DNA from: a virus
IMG/VR virus record: IMGVR_UViG_3300020020_000027
Location: 1-64,000 of that record
DNA: 64,000 nt
Strand: one strand, 5' to 3'
Notes under the pieces: model-generated
Database searches by the model: none
What the model was told of the DNA's origin: nothing
The model's input: the letters and a program-made list of their open reading frames with translations, nothing else
In this document: positions 15,807 to 25,671 of the stretch, piece after piece
Numbering within the stretch: position 1 is the stretch's first letter
Layout of the letters: each line of letters begins with the position of its first letter
Translations under genes and position numbers: made by a program

Positions 15807-15987
15807 TATAAATGACATCGACTCCGAAACACTAACGAAGCTTTCCGAAGATACCGGACAGACCAAGACAAACGTGCTAATTAGGTCAATCAAACTTTAT
15901 TCTCTCTTGTACAGATCAATAGAGGATGGTAGCAAGTTAGTGATAAGATCTTCCAACGGTGATGAGGAAGTAATTAGGTTCCTTTAG
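15772..15987 (+). CDS. Ribbon-helix-helix (CopG-like) protein
   Basis: RITFNI..LTKLSEDTGQTKTNVLIRSIKLY. Confidence 0.7.
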   Translation: MSKDRPNRITFNINDIDSETLTKLSEDTGQTKTNVLIRSIKLYSLLYRSIEDGSKLVIRSSNGDEEVIRFL

Positions 15988-16004
15988 ACTGAAGGATTCA
16001 TTAA

Positions 16005-16319
16005 ATGATCGTATGGATTAGCGTCAGTAACTCTGACGACAGATTGTCTTCCATTCTTTGGGCAGAATATATCAAAGAGGTAGACAAGGTGATATCCCAC
16101 CACGTATTTGAAACTCATGCAGCCATGGTACACTCTCTACCTACCTCACACTCTATGGATTGTCATTGGTGTGTTGATTTAGGTAAAGGTACATTCATGC
16201 AATCCAATTTAGTCCGAGAGCTAACTAAGGTTGCTAAGGTATTTAGGCAGGACAAAATCGTTTGGTACGAGTGCAAAGCAACCCACCATATTCTTGGGGT
16301 TGATAATGAATTGGAATGA
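16005..16319 (+). CDS. Hypothetical protein
   Basis: GAAGGA RBS; 104-aa ORF within the operon. Confidence 0.6.
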   Translation: MIVWISVSNSDDRLSSILWAEYIKEVDKVISHHVFETHAAMVHSLPTSHSMDCHWCVDLGKGTFMQSNLVRELTKVAKVFRQDKIVWYECKATHHILGVDNELE

Positions 16320-16521
16320 CATTTCACCTGAAAATGCAATGGGATTAGATCTAACCGAACGCTTGGACATCACAGCCCCGCTTAACGAAGAAGGAGTTCG
16401 CTGTCCTTGGCCTTGGGAACCACAAACACTAACTAATCCTCCCTTTGGACAATACCACTGCGGATATTGTGGAGCCATGGTACTAGCGGGAGTTCCACAT
16501 ATAGACTATAGGGAAGATTGA
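16306..16521 (+). CDS. Small Cys/His hypothetical protein
   Basis: RCPWPW..YHCGYCG..PHIDY. Confidence 0.6.
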   Translation: MNWNDISPENAMGLDLTERLDITAPLNEEGVRCPWPWEPQTLTNPPFGQYHCGYCGAMVLAGVPHIDYRED

Positions 16522-17702
16522 TGGATGTTCAGAAATACATAGATCTAGGTTTAATCCATTCTATTCATACTTCTGAGCGTCGATCTTTCAGGGGCTGCCG
16601 TCGTCGATGGGACTGGTCATATCGACAGAACTACCACCCTACGGTAACGCCAAAACCACTTGAATTCGGCACAGCTTATCACATTGCCATGGAAGTTTGG
16701 TATGAGCCAACTAATTGGTTTGGTGATAGAACCAAACAAGCTAGTCTGGCACTGGAAGCCTTCCAGGATACCGTACAGGACCAATACAGTAGATACATTG
16801 AACTAAACGGTACCCCGGAAGATGAAATCATCGAGAGCTATAAAGACAGCTTGATACTTGGTAGTGATATGGTTCGGTATTATACAAATAAAATAAGTCC
16901 AAAGATCGACCAAGACTGGACCCCAATAGCAGTAGAAATTCCTTTCGAGGTCAGCTTGGGATTCACCTGCAAATGTGAAGCTTGTTGGAAATTGTACTAC
17001 GAATACCTGATTAAGCATGTATTTAGTAAGTACGAGCATATAAAGACTGAAGAGGAAATAAAAGCTAATTTCCCTGGTCTGCCCGTAACCTTCGGTGGAC
17101 GAATCGATGCCATCTTCAAGGATATTCAGGATCGCATATTTTGTGTTGACTGGAAAACGACATCCAGAATTCTAGACGATTACGATGAAGCTGCGTTCCT
17201 CGAACTGGACGACCAGGTAGCAGGGTACCCAGTGGCGATTCGCAAGCTTGGGCGCCGCGTGGATGGCTTCATTTACCACGAACAGCGAAAGGCCGTGCCC
17301 GAGCCACCCAAGCAGCTTCAGCGGGCATACAAGGGTAGAGTTTTCAGTACTAATAAGACATCCGCAGTCGAGCACGAAAGCTTTGTTAATGCCGTTATGG
17401 CAGAAGACGCACGTGCATATAATATGGGATTATATGACGAGTACCTAGAATTCCTTCAGGGTAATATGGCCCCAAAATTCTATCAACGACATGTTATATA
17501 CAAAACTGATATACAGATCGAAAATTTCTGGAATGATTTAATCAGTGAAGCCAAAGACATGCTGATGGAACCGAGAGTCTATCCTCAACCATCTCGGTTC
17601 AGTTGTAATTCATGCATGTACCGAGTGCCTTGCGACGGACAGAATCGTGGCGAGGATTTTTCTTACACACTAAACACACTATTTGTTCGGGACAGACAAT
17701 GA
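16518..17702 (+). CDS. PD-(D/E)XK RecB/Cas4-like exonuclease
   Basis: CRRRW..FGTAYH, GRID..VDWKT, QVAGY, C-terminal CNSCMYRVPC. Confidence 0.9.
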   Translation: MMDVQKYIDLGLIHSIHTSERRSFRGCRRRWDWSYRQNYHPTVTPKPLEFGTAYHIAMEVWYEPTNWFGDRTKQASLALEAFQDTVQDQYSRYIELNGTPEDEIIESYKDSLILGSDMVRYYTNKISPKIDQDWTPIAVEIPFEVSLGFTCKCEACWKLYYEYLIKHVFSKYEHIKTEEEIKANFPGLPVTFGGRIDAIFKDIQDRIFCVDWKTTSRILDDYDEAAFLELDDQVAGYPVAIRKLGRRVDGFIYHEQRKAVPEPPKQLQRAYKGRVFSTNKTSAVEHESFVNAVMAEDARAYNMGLYDEYLEFLQGNMAPKFYQRHVIYKTDIQIENFWNDLISEAKDMLMEPRVYPQPSRFSCNSCMYRVPCDGQNRGEDFSYTLNTLFVRDRQ

Positions 17703-18043
17703 CTACTTTATATCGACTAATTGAGGAAATGAAGCATTGCAACGAAAAAGCTGTTGAGTTTTCTGCGAAGTTCAACAAAAGAGCCGAATTTCTTGAGGGA
17801 TTGTCCAACAATCGCGCAGAAAACGCAGGAATATTAGATCCATTTAAGAAAGCTCAGAGATTAAGAGCATTAAAAAGAGACGACCACATGCTAGAAGATT
17901 TCGGTAAAGCTCAATCATTCTTCAAAGGTGAAGTGGAACGGATATCAGCATATTTGAACGGGTTGTTGGCTTACAAACAGCTAATTGGTATTAGGCCAAC
18001 TATGGACCCGCACGATGAGATCCACATAGATTACGGTCTATGA
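17699..18043 (+). CDS. Hypothetical protein
   Basis: ATGA overlap with the nuclease gene. Confidence 0.6.
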   Translation: MTTLYRLIEEMKHCNEKAVEFSAKFNKRAEFLEGLSNNRAENAGILDPFKKAQRLRALKRDDHMLEDFGKAQSFFKGEVERISAYLNGLLAYKQLIGIRPTMDPHDEIHIDYGL

Positions 18044-18054
18044 CTCTACTGCTC

Positions 18055-18083
18055 TGGACAGGTCTAGACACACGTGATAGGCT
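18055..18083 (+). promoter_or_regulatory. Putative promoter
   Basis: TGGACA-N17-TAGGCT in the gap before the AAA ATPase gene. Confidence 0.4.
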
Positions 18084-18122
18084 ACTGACACCTGTGACAA
18101 CACAACGGACAAAGGCGACAAT

Positions 18123-18857
18123 GTGTCAGTCAAGCAAATTGCTGATCTGCCTATTTACGAAGTCAAAGACAGAACTCCAAAATTCAACTTTCTAGTTTAT
18201 GGTGAAAGCGGTGTTGGAAAGACTAGGTTCTGTGGATCAGTGATTGAAGTTCCGGAACTTTGTCCAGCTCTGTTACTTGACGTCGAGGGTGGCAGTCTCA
18301 CGCTTAAAACTATTTATCCAGGTCTTGAGTGTGTCCGAATCGATACTTGGGAAAAACTAAAAAAGGTTTATTCCCGACTTAAGAGCCATCCAGACCATGG
18401 TTACAAAACTCTAATCATTGACAGTGTAACTGAAATGCAAAAGATGGGCATGGATTATACCATGCGCATTCGTAAAGACGGAGACGATCTAAACGTACCT
18501 GAACTGAAAGAATGGAACATCAACATTGAACAGGTCAGAAGGTACGTTAGGGCTTTCCGAGATCTAGAAGGTATCAACACACTTTTTACTGCTTTAGTAA
18601 GAGTTGATACGGATAAGCGAACCGGACTATCCAGGAAGAAGCCATCACTTAATGGTAAAGTGGCCGACGAAGTGTGTGGTTTCCTAGACATTGTTACTTA
18701 CTTAGGCATGGAGGAAGTGGACAAGGTAAATACACGAATCTTACAAACTGGAAATACTCCAGGGACAATTGCCAAGGACCGATCTAATTTCTTGCCGATG
18801 CTAATAGCCAATCCCACGATGCTAGACATATACAAACATATTAATCAGGAAGGCTGA
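18123..18857 (+). CDS. AAA_24/Sak4-like ATPase (recombination)
   Basis: YGESGVGKT, LLDVEGG, TLIIDSVT, AKDRS. Confidence 0.88.
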   Translation: MSVKQIADLPIYEVKDRTPKFNFLVYGESGVGKTRFCGSVIEVPELCPALLLDVEGGSLTLKTIYPGLECVRIDTWEKLKKVYSRLKSHPDHGYKTLIIDSVTEMQKMGMDYTMRIRKDGDDLNVPELKEWNINIEQVRRYVRAFRDLEGINTLFTALVRVDTDKRTGLSRKKPSLNGKVADEVCGFLDIVTYLGMEEVDKVNTRILQTGNTPGTIAKDRSNFLPMLIANPTMLDIYKHINQEG

Positions 18858-18862
18858 TTCAG

Positions 18863-19369
18863 GTGACCTTTAAGCTAAACATGTCCGATAAAGAGGCAGA
18901 ATCTAAGGAATTTGAATTTCCTCCGAGTGGCGAATATCTTTGCAGAATTACTGACCTTGAACTCAAGTCTGTACAGAAGCCTGGCGACAGCTTCGGCAAT
19001 CCATTTTGGAAAGTTACCCTGGTTGTAGAAAAGGTCTTCGCTGCAAATTCTGAGCAGTATGTGGGAACGACTATTCCGACCAGTGTTATGCTCTACAAAG
19101 GCGCGCTTTACTCGATTAAGCAGCTTTGTGAGGCACTACACCCAGAATTCATTGAAGGTAAGGACATTAACCTTCCTTCGGCAGAAAACGGCGCCCCTGA
19201 TCCCGATCCATGGTTGGGTCAATTGGTGAAAATTAAAGGGGTTAAGTTTGCCGAAAACACCCGGCGCAAGGATGGTACTACTCGTGAATATGCCGAGTTT
19301 CAAATCAGATACCGCGCTGCCAAGAGTGATAGCAAGACTAGCGACAATGGGCTGCCTTTGCCTTCCTGA
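18863..19369 (+). CDS. DUF669-like ssDNA-binding protein
   Basis: PPSGEYLCRITD..GNP; position between the Sak4-like ATPase and primase. Confidence 0.65.
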   Translation: MTFKLNMSDKEAESKEFEFPPSGEYLCRITDLELKSVQKPGDSFGNPFWKVTLVVEKVFAANSEQYVGTTIPTSVMLYKGALYSIKQLCEALHPEFIEGKDINLPSAENGAPDPDPWLGQLVKIKGVKFAENTRRKDGTTREYAEFQIRYRAAKSDSKTSDNGLPLPS

Positions 19370-19441
19370 TCTATAAATCAGACCTAACAACCCAGTAAAG
19401 CCTTATGGCTTTGCTGGGTTGTACAACATTTGACTAGGTGA

Positions 19442-20464
19442 TTGTTGTTTAATCCATATGAAATTAGTGCACTATCGTATTTTGATGCCGGATTCAGTCC
19501 ACTTCCTGCTAATGGGAAACTTCTAGCAGTTAAAGAAGCCTCTGGACGACACCCAATGGCTAACATAGATAAAATAAAATCTTGGATATCTACACACAAA
19601 TCATTCAATGTAGCATTAAGACTCCCACTAAATGTAATAGCACTTGACATAGATGCTTACAAGGGAGACCTTGAAAGATTAAAGAAGACCGAAGATGAAT
19701 TGGGCAAGCTGCCTACTACGTGGAATTCGGACTCCCGTGGAGGACAGGGCGGCAAGGTATTATACCGAATCCCTGAAGCATTAGCATCAAAGAAATGGCT
19801 CAGCAATATCAATGGAATTACCATAATACAACACACCCACCGTTATGTTATGGTTCTTCCATCATATAATAGAGAATCAGAAACCAGATACATGTGGTAT
19901 CAAGGTTTGGGCGGGCAGATAATTCCCGGTTATTACATACCTACGGTTCATGATATTGCTGAATTGCCAATCGAATGGGCGCAGGCACTAAAAAGGGATG
20001 ACCAGATGACTTTCAATTCCAACTCGGAAGTGAATAATCTGGGGCTTGAGATATTCGATGAAGTGCCTCCCTGTAAATACATGACCATATTAATCAGAAT
20101 GTGTAAAGAGAAGTTGTATGAATCTTACGACTTCGGCCTTCATGACACAGGTCTATCGATTCTGGCCTTACTACTGCGCGCTGCCGCCGACGGACACAGC
20201 GGAATATTCGACGCAATAGAAGAAATGTCTCAAGTATATTGTTCTGCATCTCGTCCGAGGGATTTAGCAATTGATTGGGACAACATACTGTCATGGCAAT
20301 TGGCCCAAGTAGACGCAAGAGATATAAGCACAGTTGACTCTTGTGAGCTAAACATTTTTTTAGAAAACCAGATTGAAGCCGAAGTAAGAATGCTTATTGC
20401 GACGGGGATGACCGAGTTTAGAGCAAGAAGGCTACTAAATGGCAGAAGAGGCAGGTTAATGTGA
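19442..20464 (+). CDS. Bifunctional primase-polymerase (Prim-Pol)
   Basis: YFDAGFSPLP..NVALRLP..IALDIDAY..HRYVMVLPS. Confidence 0.85.
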   Translation: MLFNPYEISALSYFDAGFSPLPANGKLLAVKEASGRHPMANIDKIKSWISTHKSFNVALRLPLNVIALDIDAYKGDLERLKKTEDELGKLPTTWNSDSRGGQGGKVLYRIPEALASKKWLSNINGITIIQHTHRYVMVLPSYNRESETRYMWYQGLGGQIIPGYYIPTVHDIAELPIEWAQALKRDDQMTFNSNSEVNNLGLEIFDEVPPCKYMTILIRMCKEKLYESYDFGLHDTGLSILALLLRAAADGHSGIFDAIEEMSQVYCSASRPRDLAIDWDNILSWQLAQVDARDISTVDSCELNIFLENQIEAEVRMLIATGMTEFRARRLLNGRRGRLM

Positions 20465-21714
20465 TTCCTACAGGCGACCAGGAGGAAGCACTAAAACAAA
20501 TACACAAGTGGTTTCACCAAACCACTAATAGGGTATTTAGACTAGGGGGTCTGGCTGGTACCGGGAAAAGCTCACTAATTCCACTGATTCACACATACTT
20601 GGGGATAGAAAGCCGCGAAGTGATATACTCCGCGCCCACCAACAAAGCTACTTTGATCATACAGAACAGACTGAGCCGAACCGGAATTATAGCTAACGCA
20701 CTAACCATACATAAGACCTTCTATATTAAGCAGGAACGCCACTGCGATGACTGCCCACTAAAGGAAACCCTAAAAAACATCTGTCACGGCCGATCAGGTT
20801 ACAACCAATGCGGCTGCTATTTGGACTTCTTGGCCAGAGCCAGCGTAAACACCAACATAAAGCTGATCATTTGCGATGAAAGCTCAATGGTAAATCGTGA
20901 AGTCTATGAAGATTTGATGCACTCATTGCATGAGCGAGTGAAGATATTATTCATTGGAGATCATGGACAACTCGAAGCTATTGATGACGATACAAAAATA
21001 ACCAAAGCTATGGGTAAGTTCGAGCTTATGAAATTCCCAGACTTCACCCTAGTTGAGATACAAAGGCAAGCAAAGGACTCAGCAATAATTCAGCTTGCTT
21101 ACAAAGCAAGGAATGGGTTCGATATTGAAATTGGCGATCATGGTCCGGGAGTGCGGAAAGTCAGCATAACTGGTGATATAGATTTCGATGTCACAGATCC
21201 CGACCTGGTTGGAATAACATACTTCGCCAATGCAGATCCCACAAATCCAAATCATCGAGGAAGAATTTCCGTCACTGACCTCAACAAGATTTGGCGAGCA
21301 AATCTGGGCATAACCAGTCCACATCCTATACTGGGCGAGCGCTTGGTCTGTCGAGACTATATTAGGCGTTTGGGAATCCCTAAAGGTACCATGGGTGTCA
21401 TCCACGACATAAAAAATATCGACAAAGAATCTTATTACGTCAAGCTGGTGCTAGATGATGGTCGCGAATACGAAAGCACCATTTCTTCTGAGCAATTTCA
21501 CCGTAATAAGGCAATCTGGGGAAGACAGCACCTGGATAAATGGGATTTCGGATATGGCCTAACCTGTCACACTGCACAAGGATCGGAATTTGAATCAGTA
21601 GTTATCTTTGAACCATCTAAAGGATTTGCAAATTGGCTAGGAAGACAATCATATAGTAGATGGCTATATACTGCTATAACTAGAGCGAAGCGCAATCTAT
21701 TGCTAGTGGGGTGA
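20461..21714 (+). CDS. RecD/Dda-like SF1B helicase
   Basis: GLAGTGKS, APTNKA, DESSM, GDHGQL, HTAQGSE, YTAITRA. Confidence 0.93.
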   Translation: MIPTGDQEEALKQIHKWFHQTTNRVFRLGGLAGTGKSSLIPLIHTYLGIESREVIYSAPTNKATLIIQNRLSRTGIIANALTIHKTFYIKQERHCDDCPLKETLKNICHGRSGYNQCGCYLDFLARASVNTNIKLIICDESSMVNREVYEDLMHSLHERVKILFIGDHGQLEAIDDDTKITKAMGKFELMKFPDFTLVEIQRQAKDSAIIQLAYKARNGFDIEIGDHGPGVRKVSITGDIDFDVTDPDLVGITYFANADPTNPNHRGRISVTDLNKIWRANLGITSPHPILGERLVCRDYIRRLGIPKGTMGVIHDIKNIDKESYYVKLVLDDGREYESTISSEQFHRNKAIWGRQHLDKWDFGYGLTCHTAQGSEFESVVIFEPSKGFANWLGRQSYSRWLYTAITRAKRNLLLVG

Positions 21715-21717
21715 CTC

Positions 21718-22437
21718 ATGCCCCTACATCACCATTGGCCACCAGGCAAAATACTTCCCATACAAGAACTACTTCCTGAACATCCTAAAGTATCCGATTT
21801 GCCCAAATTACCCGGAAAGATAACTGGCCAGTTTACCTGCCCTGGCCTGCTATACTGCCTGTGGAAGTCGGGTCGGCACGCAGCGATGGTTACTGCGTGT
21901 AATAGATGGTCATGTGGGCGATGCGCAAAAATCAAGATCGACGAAATAACACAAGTTTTTGCGGACGCTACAGTTGACTCGCCAATGGTGTATGATGCAT
22001 TATTTGAACAACACGAACTAAACAAGGTACTTAAACTGTTTAGGAAAAAAGAAATATCCGCCCTTAGCCTCAAGCTTCCCAACGAAACATACATATTGGC
22101 CTCAGACCATGCTGAAGCCAGAACCTGGACAATGACTCCATTAACTCGGGCCAGTGCTATAGCTAAATTACAAACCGTAGATACTACCAGAATTCGACGC
22201 AGAGATTTTATCAATAATTGGCGACCAGAAGCTCTTTACGAACCAAAAAAGGATACCGTGGTATTCTCTACTGTGTTCGCCAACATGGATGATCTGAAAG
22301 AAATTATTAGCGACTATGGCCTTGACATAAATAGCGAATTCATTCCAGGTGATCCACTCGATGCGGTTGAACGATTGACAAAGCTTCGAAAAGACCACAC
22401 TATAGTATTTGATAATGTCGAATACTTAGTCGAGTAG
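21718..22437 (+). CDS. Hypothetical protein with Zn-binding motif
   Basis: CPG...ACNRWSCGRCA. Confidence 0.65.
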   Translation: MPLHHHWPPGKILPIQELLPEHPKVSDLPKLPGKITGQFTCPGLLYCLWKSGRHAAMVTACNRWSCGRCAKIKIDEITQVFADATVDSPMVYDALFEQHELNKVLKLFRKKEISALSLKLPNETYILASDHAEARTWTMTPLTRASAIAKLQTVDTTRIRRRDFINNWRPEALYEPKKDTVVFSTVFANMDDLKEIISDYGLDINSEFIPGDPLDAVERLTKLRKDHTIVFDNVEYLVE

Positions 22438-22445
22438 GTGATATT

Positions 22446-22943
22446 ATGGGCGGTAGAGGTTTAAATAGAAGAGACGACCCCGTAGCCGGAAGAGAGGCTT
22501 CACTACCCGGCGAATATCGTGCTGTCCTGGCCTTAAGGCGCAAAGGAGTTGGCTACGATGATATCGCGGAACAACTTGGCTACGAAAGTAGATTCGAAGT
22601 TATTGATATCTTAAATCGAATCTACCGAAACGTCAAGCCAATCAATGTCGAAGAAGTCCGGGATAGTATTGAATCACAAATAGATGACTTGACTACCGTA
22701 TACATGGAACCAGCCCTTATGGGCAACGATAAGTCAGCTAAATTTGTCTTGGCCGCATTGAAACTTAAAGCTCAAATACGTGGTGCCATTCTACCGCCAC
22801 AAGTCAACGTGCAAATAACCGGACAGAAACCTTGGGAAAAGGTCTATGCCACGACGTTGTCCGATGTGGACGAAAAGGGAAACATCATCGAGGGAGATGT
22901 GATCGAGGATGAGTCAGAATCAAAAGAAGAATATGATTTTTAG
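22446..22943 (+). CDS. HTH protein, possible terminase small subunit
   Basis: LALRRKGVGYDDIAEQLGY, helical core, acidic IIEGDVIED tail. Confidence 0.55.
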   Translation: MGGRGLNRRDDPVAGREASLPGEYRAVLALRRKGVGYDDIAEQLGYESRFEVIDILNRIYRNVKPINVEEVRDSIESQIDDLTTVYMEPALMGNDKSAKFVLAALKLKAQIRGAILPPQVNVQITGQKPWEKVYATTLSDVDEKGNIIEGDVIEDESESKEEYDF

Positions 22944-23123
22944 TTACATCGGTTTTGTGTTTAAAGTCATTCTGGTTGGTTTCGCCCGCAACGTGCTGCG
23001 GATTGGTCGCCATGTCGCAGATCATCGGATGCGTGATGGCGCAGTGGTAGCTAGCTTTAACCGTAGTGAGGCTTATCGCAAGCGCTACCAGGGACGACAC
23101 TTTGCTAAGATCTGGAGTCCTCA

Positions 23124-23360
23124 ATGGACTTAGTAATAGCCGCGCTACAAAAGCTCCAGCAAACTAGACATGAACGTCTGGATTTGATGCATGAACGTTA
23201 CAGCGGTCAAGATTTCGGTGAATTAACCAACGTAATAGCAGATGTAATCAATCTGCTGGAACAATTTTATGTTTTAGCAACTTTACCAGCCGACGGATTT
23301 GTCTCTATTACTCCGGAGCGTCCAGGTGGACAAGAGGAAACATCCACTAGCGATATGTGA
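23124..23360 (+). CDS. Hypothetical protein
   Basis: GGAG RBS; operon position. Confidence 0.5.
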   Translation: MDLVIAALQKLQQTRHERLDLMHERYSGQDFGELTNVIADVINLLEQFYVLATLPADGFVSITPERPGGQEETSTSDM

Positions 23361-25620
23361 AAATTGCCCTTGGCGTGAAGAGGGTGCCTACGTACCTAGC
23401 CTAATCCCTAAAAGTGAAATAAAGGTTGCTGTTGTAGGTGAAGCTCCAGGTGCCTATGAGGCTAAGACAGGTATTCCTTTTACTGGTCCATCAGGTGAAT
23501 TACTTGACCGAGTAATGGAACATCATGGTTTCAAACGCAAAGAACTTGCCCTGATCAACACGGTTGCCTGCCGACCCCACGGACCCACGGAGAAGCCACC
23601 TAAAGGCGCCATTGCCGCCTGTAGACCGCGTCTGGAGTCGGATCTGAGGCGAGCTGGCGCACCGGTCATCCTCGCGGTAGGCGGCACCAGCGCGCAAGCA
23701 ATTTTGGGTGAAAGCAAACCTATATCAAAGTTAAGAATTGGTCAGTCCAGGGACAGTAGGTTTGGTCCTGTCATCTCAACCTGGCATCCTGCGTTTTGCT
23801 TGCGAACGCCAGATTCATTCCCGTCATTCGTTCATGATACAGGAAAATTAAATGGAAAAGAGCTTGCGCCGTGGGCGCCACCGGAGTACAAGGTCTTTAA
23901 TGATCCGGCTGTGGCGCTGGTCGCTATCCGTAGGCTATTTGGAGTCAAACGTATCGTTATCGATATTGAAGCAGCCTCCGATAAAGATATTGACGATTCG
24001 CACCCAGAAGATTATGACTTACTATGTGTTGGTGTTGCGTACGCCCGGGGACAGGCTGTTATATTTGGCGATCGGGTATTCAAAGACCAAGAGTGCATTG
24101 ATGCTTTCAAAACACTTCTCCAAAACGTTCAAATTGACGGATGGAATCTGAAATTTGACTTACTAGGATTGTCTCCAATCTTTGGGTTGATGAAGGTGGG
24201 ACGTGACGGTATGCTCATGTCCTATACGGTAGACGAGCGTCCTAGGCAGCATGGACTCAAGCACAGATCAGTGGAAGATCTCAACGCACCAAGGTATGAC
24301 GAAGAAATAGCGCAATATACCAAAGGTAAAGACGGAAGTTTCGCTAACATACCTAAAGATCTGCTTTACAAATACAACGCCTATGACGTAGGCGCCACCT
24401 GGGACGAGATGGACTACCTCGACCTGATGATGGGACCACAGCAACACAAGCTACACAAATTCCTGATTGATGCAGTGAACATGCTAATGCACGTAGAACT
24501 ATCCCCATTGCATTTCGATCTACAATATAATGCTGGACTAGAAGAGATATATCTCAGGAAAATAGCAAGCTCACAAGTCGATATTGAGGACCACGTCGGC
24601 TATGAATTGAATCCACGTTCGTGGATGCAAATCATGAAGTATTTTGCCAGTAAAGGCATGACCATACCGACTACGAACCGTGACTTCCTAGTAAAAATAC
24701 GACCACTCTGTGCACTTGAGGTGCAAAAATTCATCGATCTAATTCTCATTAATCGTAACCTGTCAAAAGCATACGGGACATATGTCAAGGGACTGCGGAA
24801 GAAGGTAAAAGATGGGAAGATTAATACTACTTTTTCACTTCACGCCACAACGTCTGGCAGAACTGCTTCTAAGAAACCTAATTTGCAGAACGTCAAGCGG
24901 GATAAACCAATTAGAAATCAATTCACGGCCGGAGAAGGGCTGATACTTGTTCAAGCCGACTATTCTCAAGCGGAAGGCCGGACCATTGCTGATTTGGCTA
25001 AAGATAAATACCTACAGAAGGTATTTTCAGATCCGAAGATTGATATCTTTAATGACATGTGCGATCGCATTTGGTCAGGAGGTTGGGATAAAGAGAACCG
25101 TGTCTCAATCAAGTCTATCTTCTACGGGTATTCATACGGTCGCAAAGCAAAGTCGATTGCTCAAGAGCTCAAGAAACCAGTCGAATATGCCATAGATCTA
25201 ATGAAGGAATTCAAGGCACTCATTCCCGATGTTGTGGCCTGGCAAGCAGCAATCAGGCATGAAGTACTAGAAAAACAAGAACTTTGGACACCATTTGGCC
25301 GTAGACGCAGCTTCCATCTTATTACTAATGAAAATCTAGAAGATGTTATCAATGAAGCGCTGAGTTTCAAACCACAATCAATCGCCTCGGACATATGCTT
25401 GCGTGCGGCTGTAAGACTTCAGCCTCGACTGAAGTCAGAATTCAATGCAGATATTAAACTACTAATCCATGATGCCATTGTTACTGAATGTGCACCGGAA
25501 CATCGAGAAGACGTAATTTCCGTGATGAGTGAAGAAATGGTACGTTCTGGAAGAGAATACACCGATTGGGTGCCATTCAAGGTTGATACATCTTGGGGGT
25601 TTAGACTAGGAGAATTGTGA
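23326..25620 (+). CDS. polA: Family A DNA polymerase with N-terminal uracil-DNA glycosylase-like domain
   Basis: VGEAPG..PFTGPSG..WHPA (UDG family 4); DIE, NLKFD, YNAYD (3'-5' exonuclease); DYSQAE, KSIFYGYSYG, IHD (polymerase). GTG start chosen from the GGAG RBS. Confidence 0.95.
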   Translation: MDKRKHPLAICENCPWREEGAYVPSLIPKSEIKVAVVGEAPGAYEAKTGIPFTGPSGELLDRVMEHHGFKRKELALINTVACRPHGPTEKPPKGAIAACRPRLESDLRRAGAPVILAVGGTSAQAILGESKPISKLRIGQSRDSRFGPVISTWHPAFCLRTPDSFPSFVHDTGKLNGKELAPWAPPEYKVFNDPAVALVAIRRLFGVKRIVIDIEAASDKDIDDSHPEDYDLLCVGVAYARGQAVIFGDRVFKDQECIDAFKTLLQNVQIDGWNLKFDLLGLSPIFGLMKVGRDGMLMSYTVDERPRQHGLKHRSVEDLNAPRYDEEIAQYTKGKDGSFANIPKDLLYKYNAYDVGATWDEMDYLDLMMGPQQHKLHKFLIDAVNMLMHVELSPLHFDLQYNAGLEEIYLRKIASSQVDIEDHVGYELNPRSWMQIMKYFASKGMTIPTTNRDFLVKIRPLCALEVQKFIDLILINRNLSKAYGTYVKGLRKKVKDGKINTTFSLHATTSGRTASKKPNLQNVKRDKPIRNQFTAGEGLILVQADYSQAEGRTIADLAKDKYLQKVFSDPKIDIFNDMCDRIWSGGWDKENRVSIKSIFYGYSYGRKAKSIAQELKKPVEYAIDLMKEFKALIPDVVAWQAAIRHEVLEKQELWTPFGRRRSFHLITNENLEDVINEALSFKPQSIASDICLRAAVRLQPRLKSEFNADIKLLIHDAIVTECAPEHREDVISVMSEEMVRSGREYTDWVPFKVDTSWGFRLGEL

Positions 25621-25671
25621 GTAAAATATTAATTGGAACATTGATAACTGTTACAATCATACTTTTATGTT

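Noticed and set aside
16518-17702. Cas4 as evidence of a CRISPR-Cas system
   Set aside because: It is a solo RecB/Cas4-like nuclease in the standard phage recombination module with an AAA ATPase and SSB.
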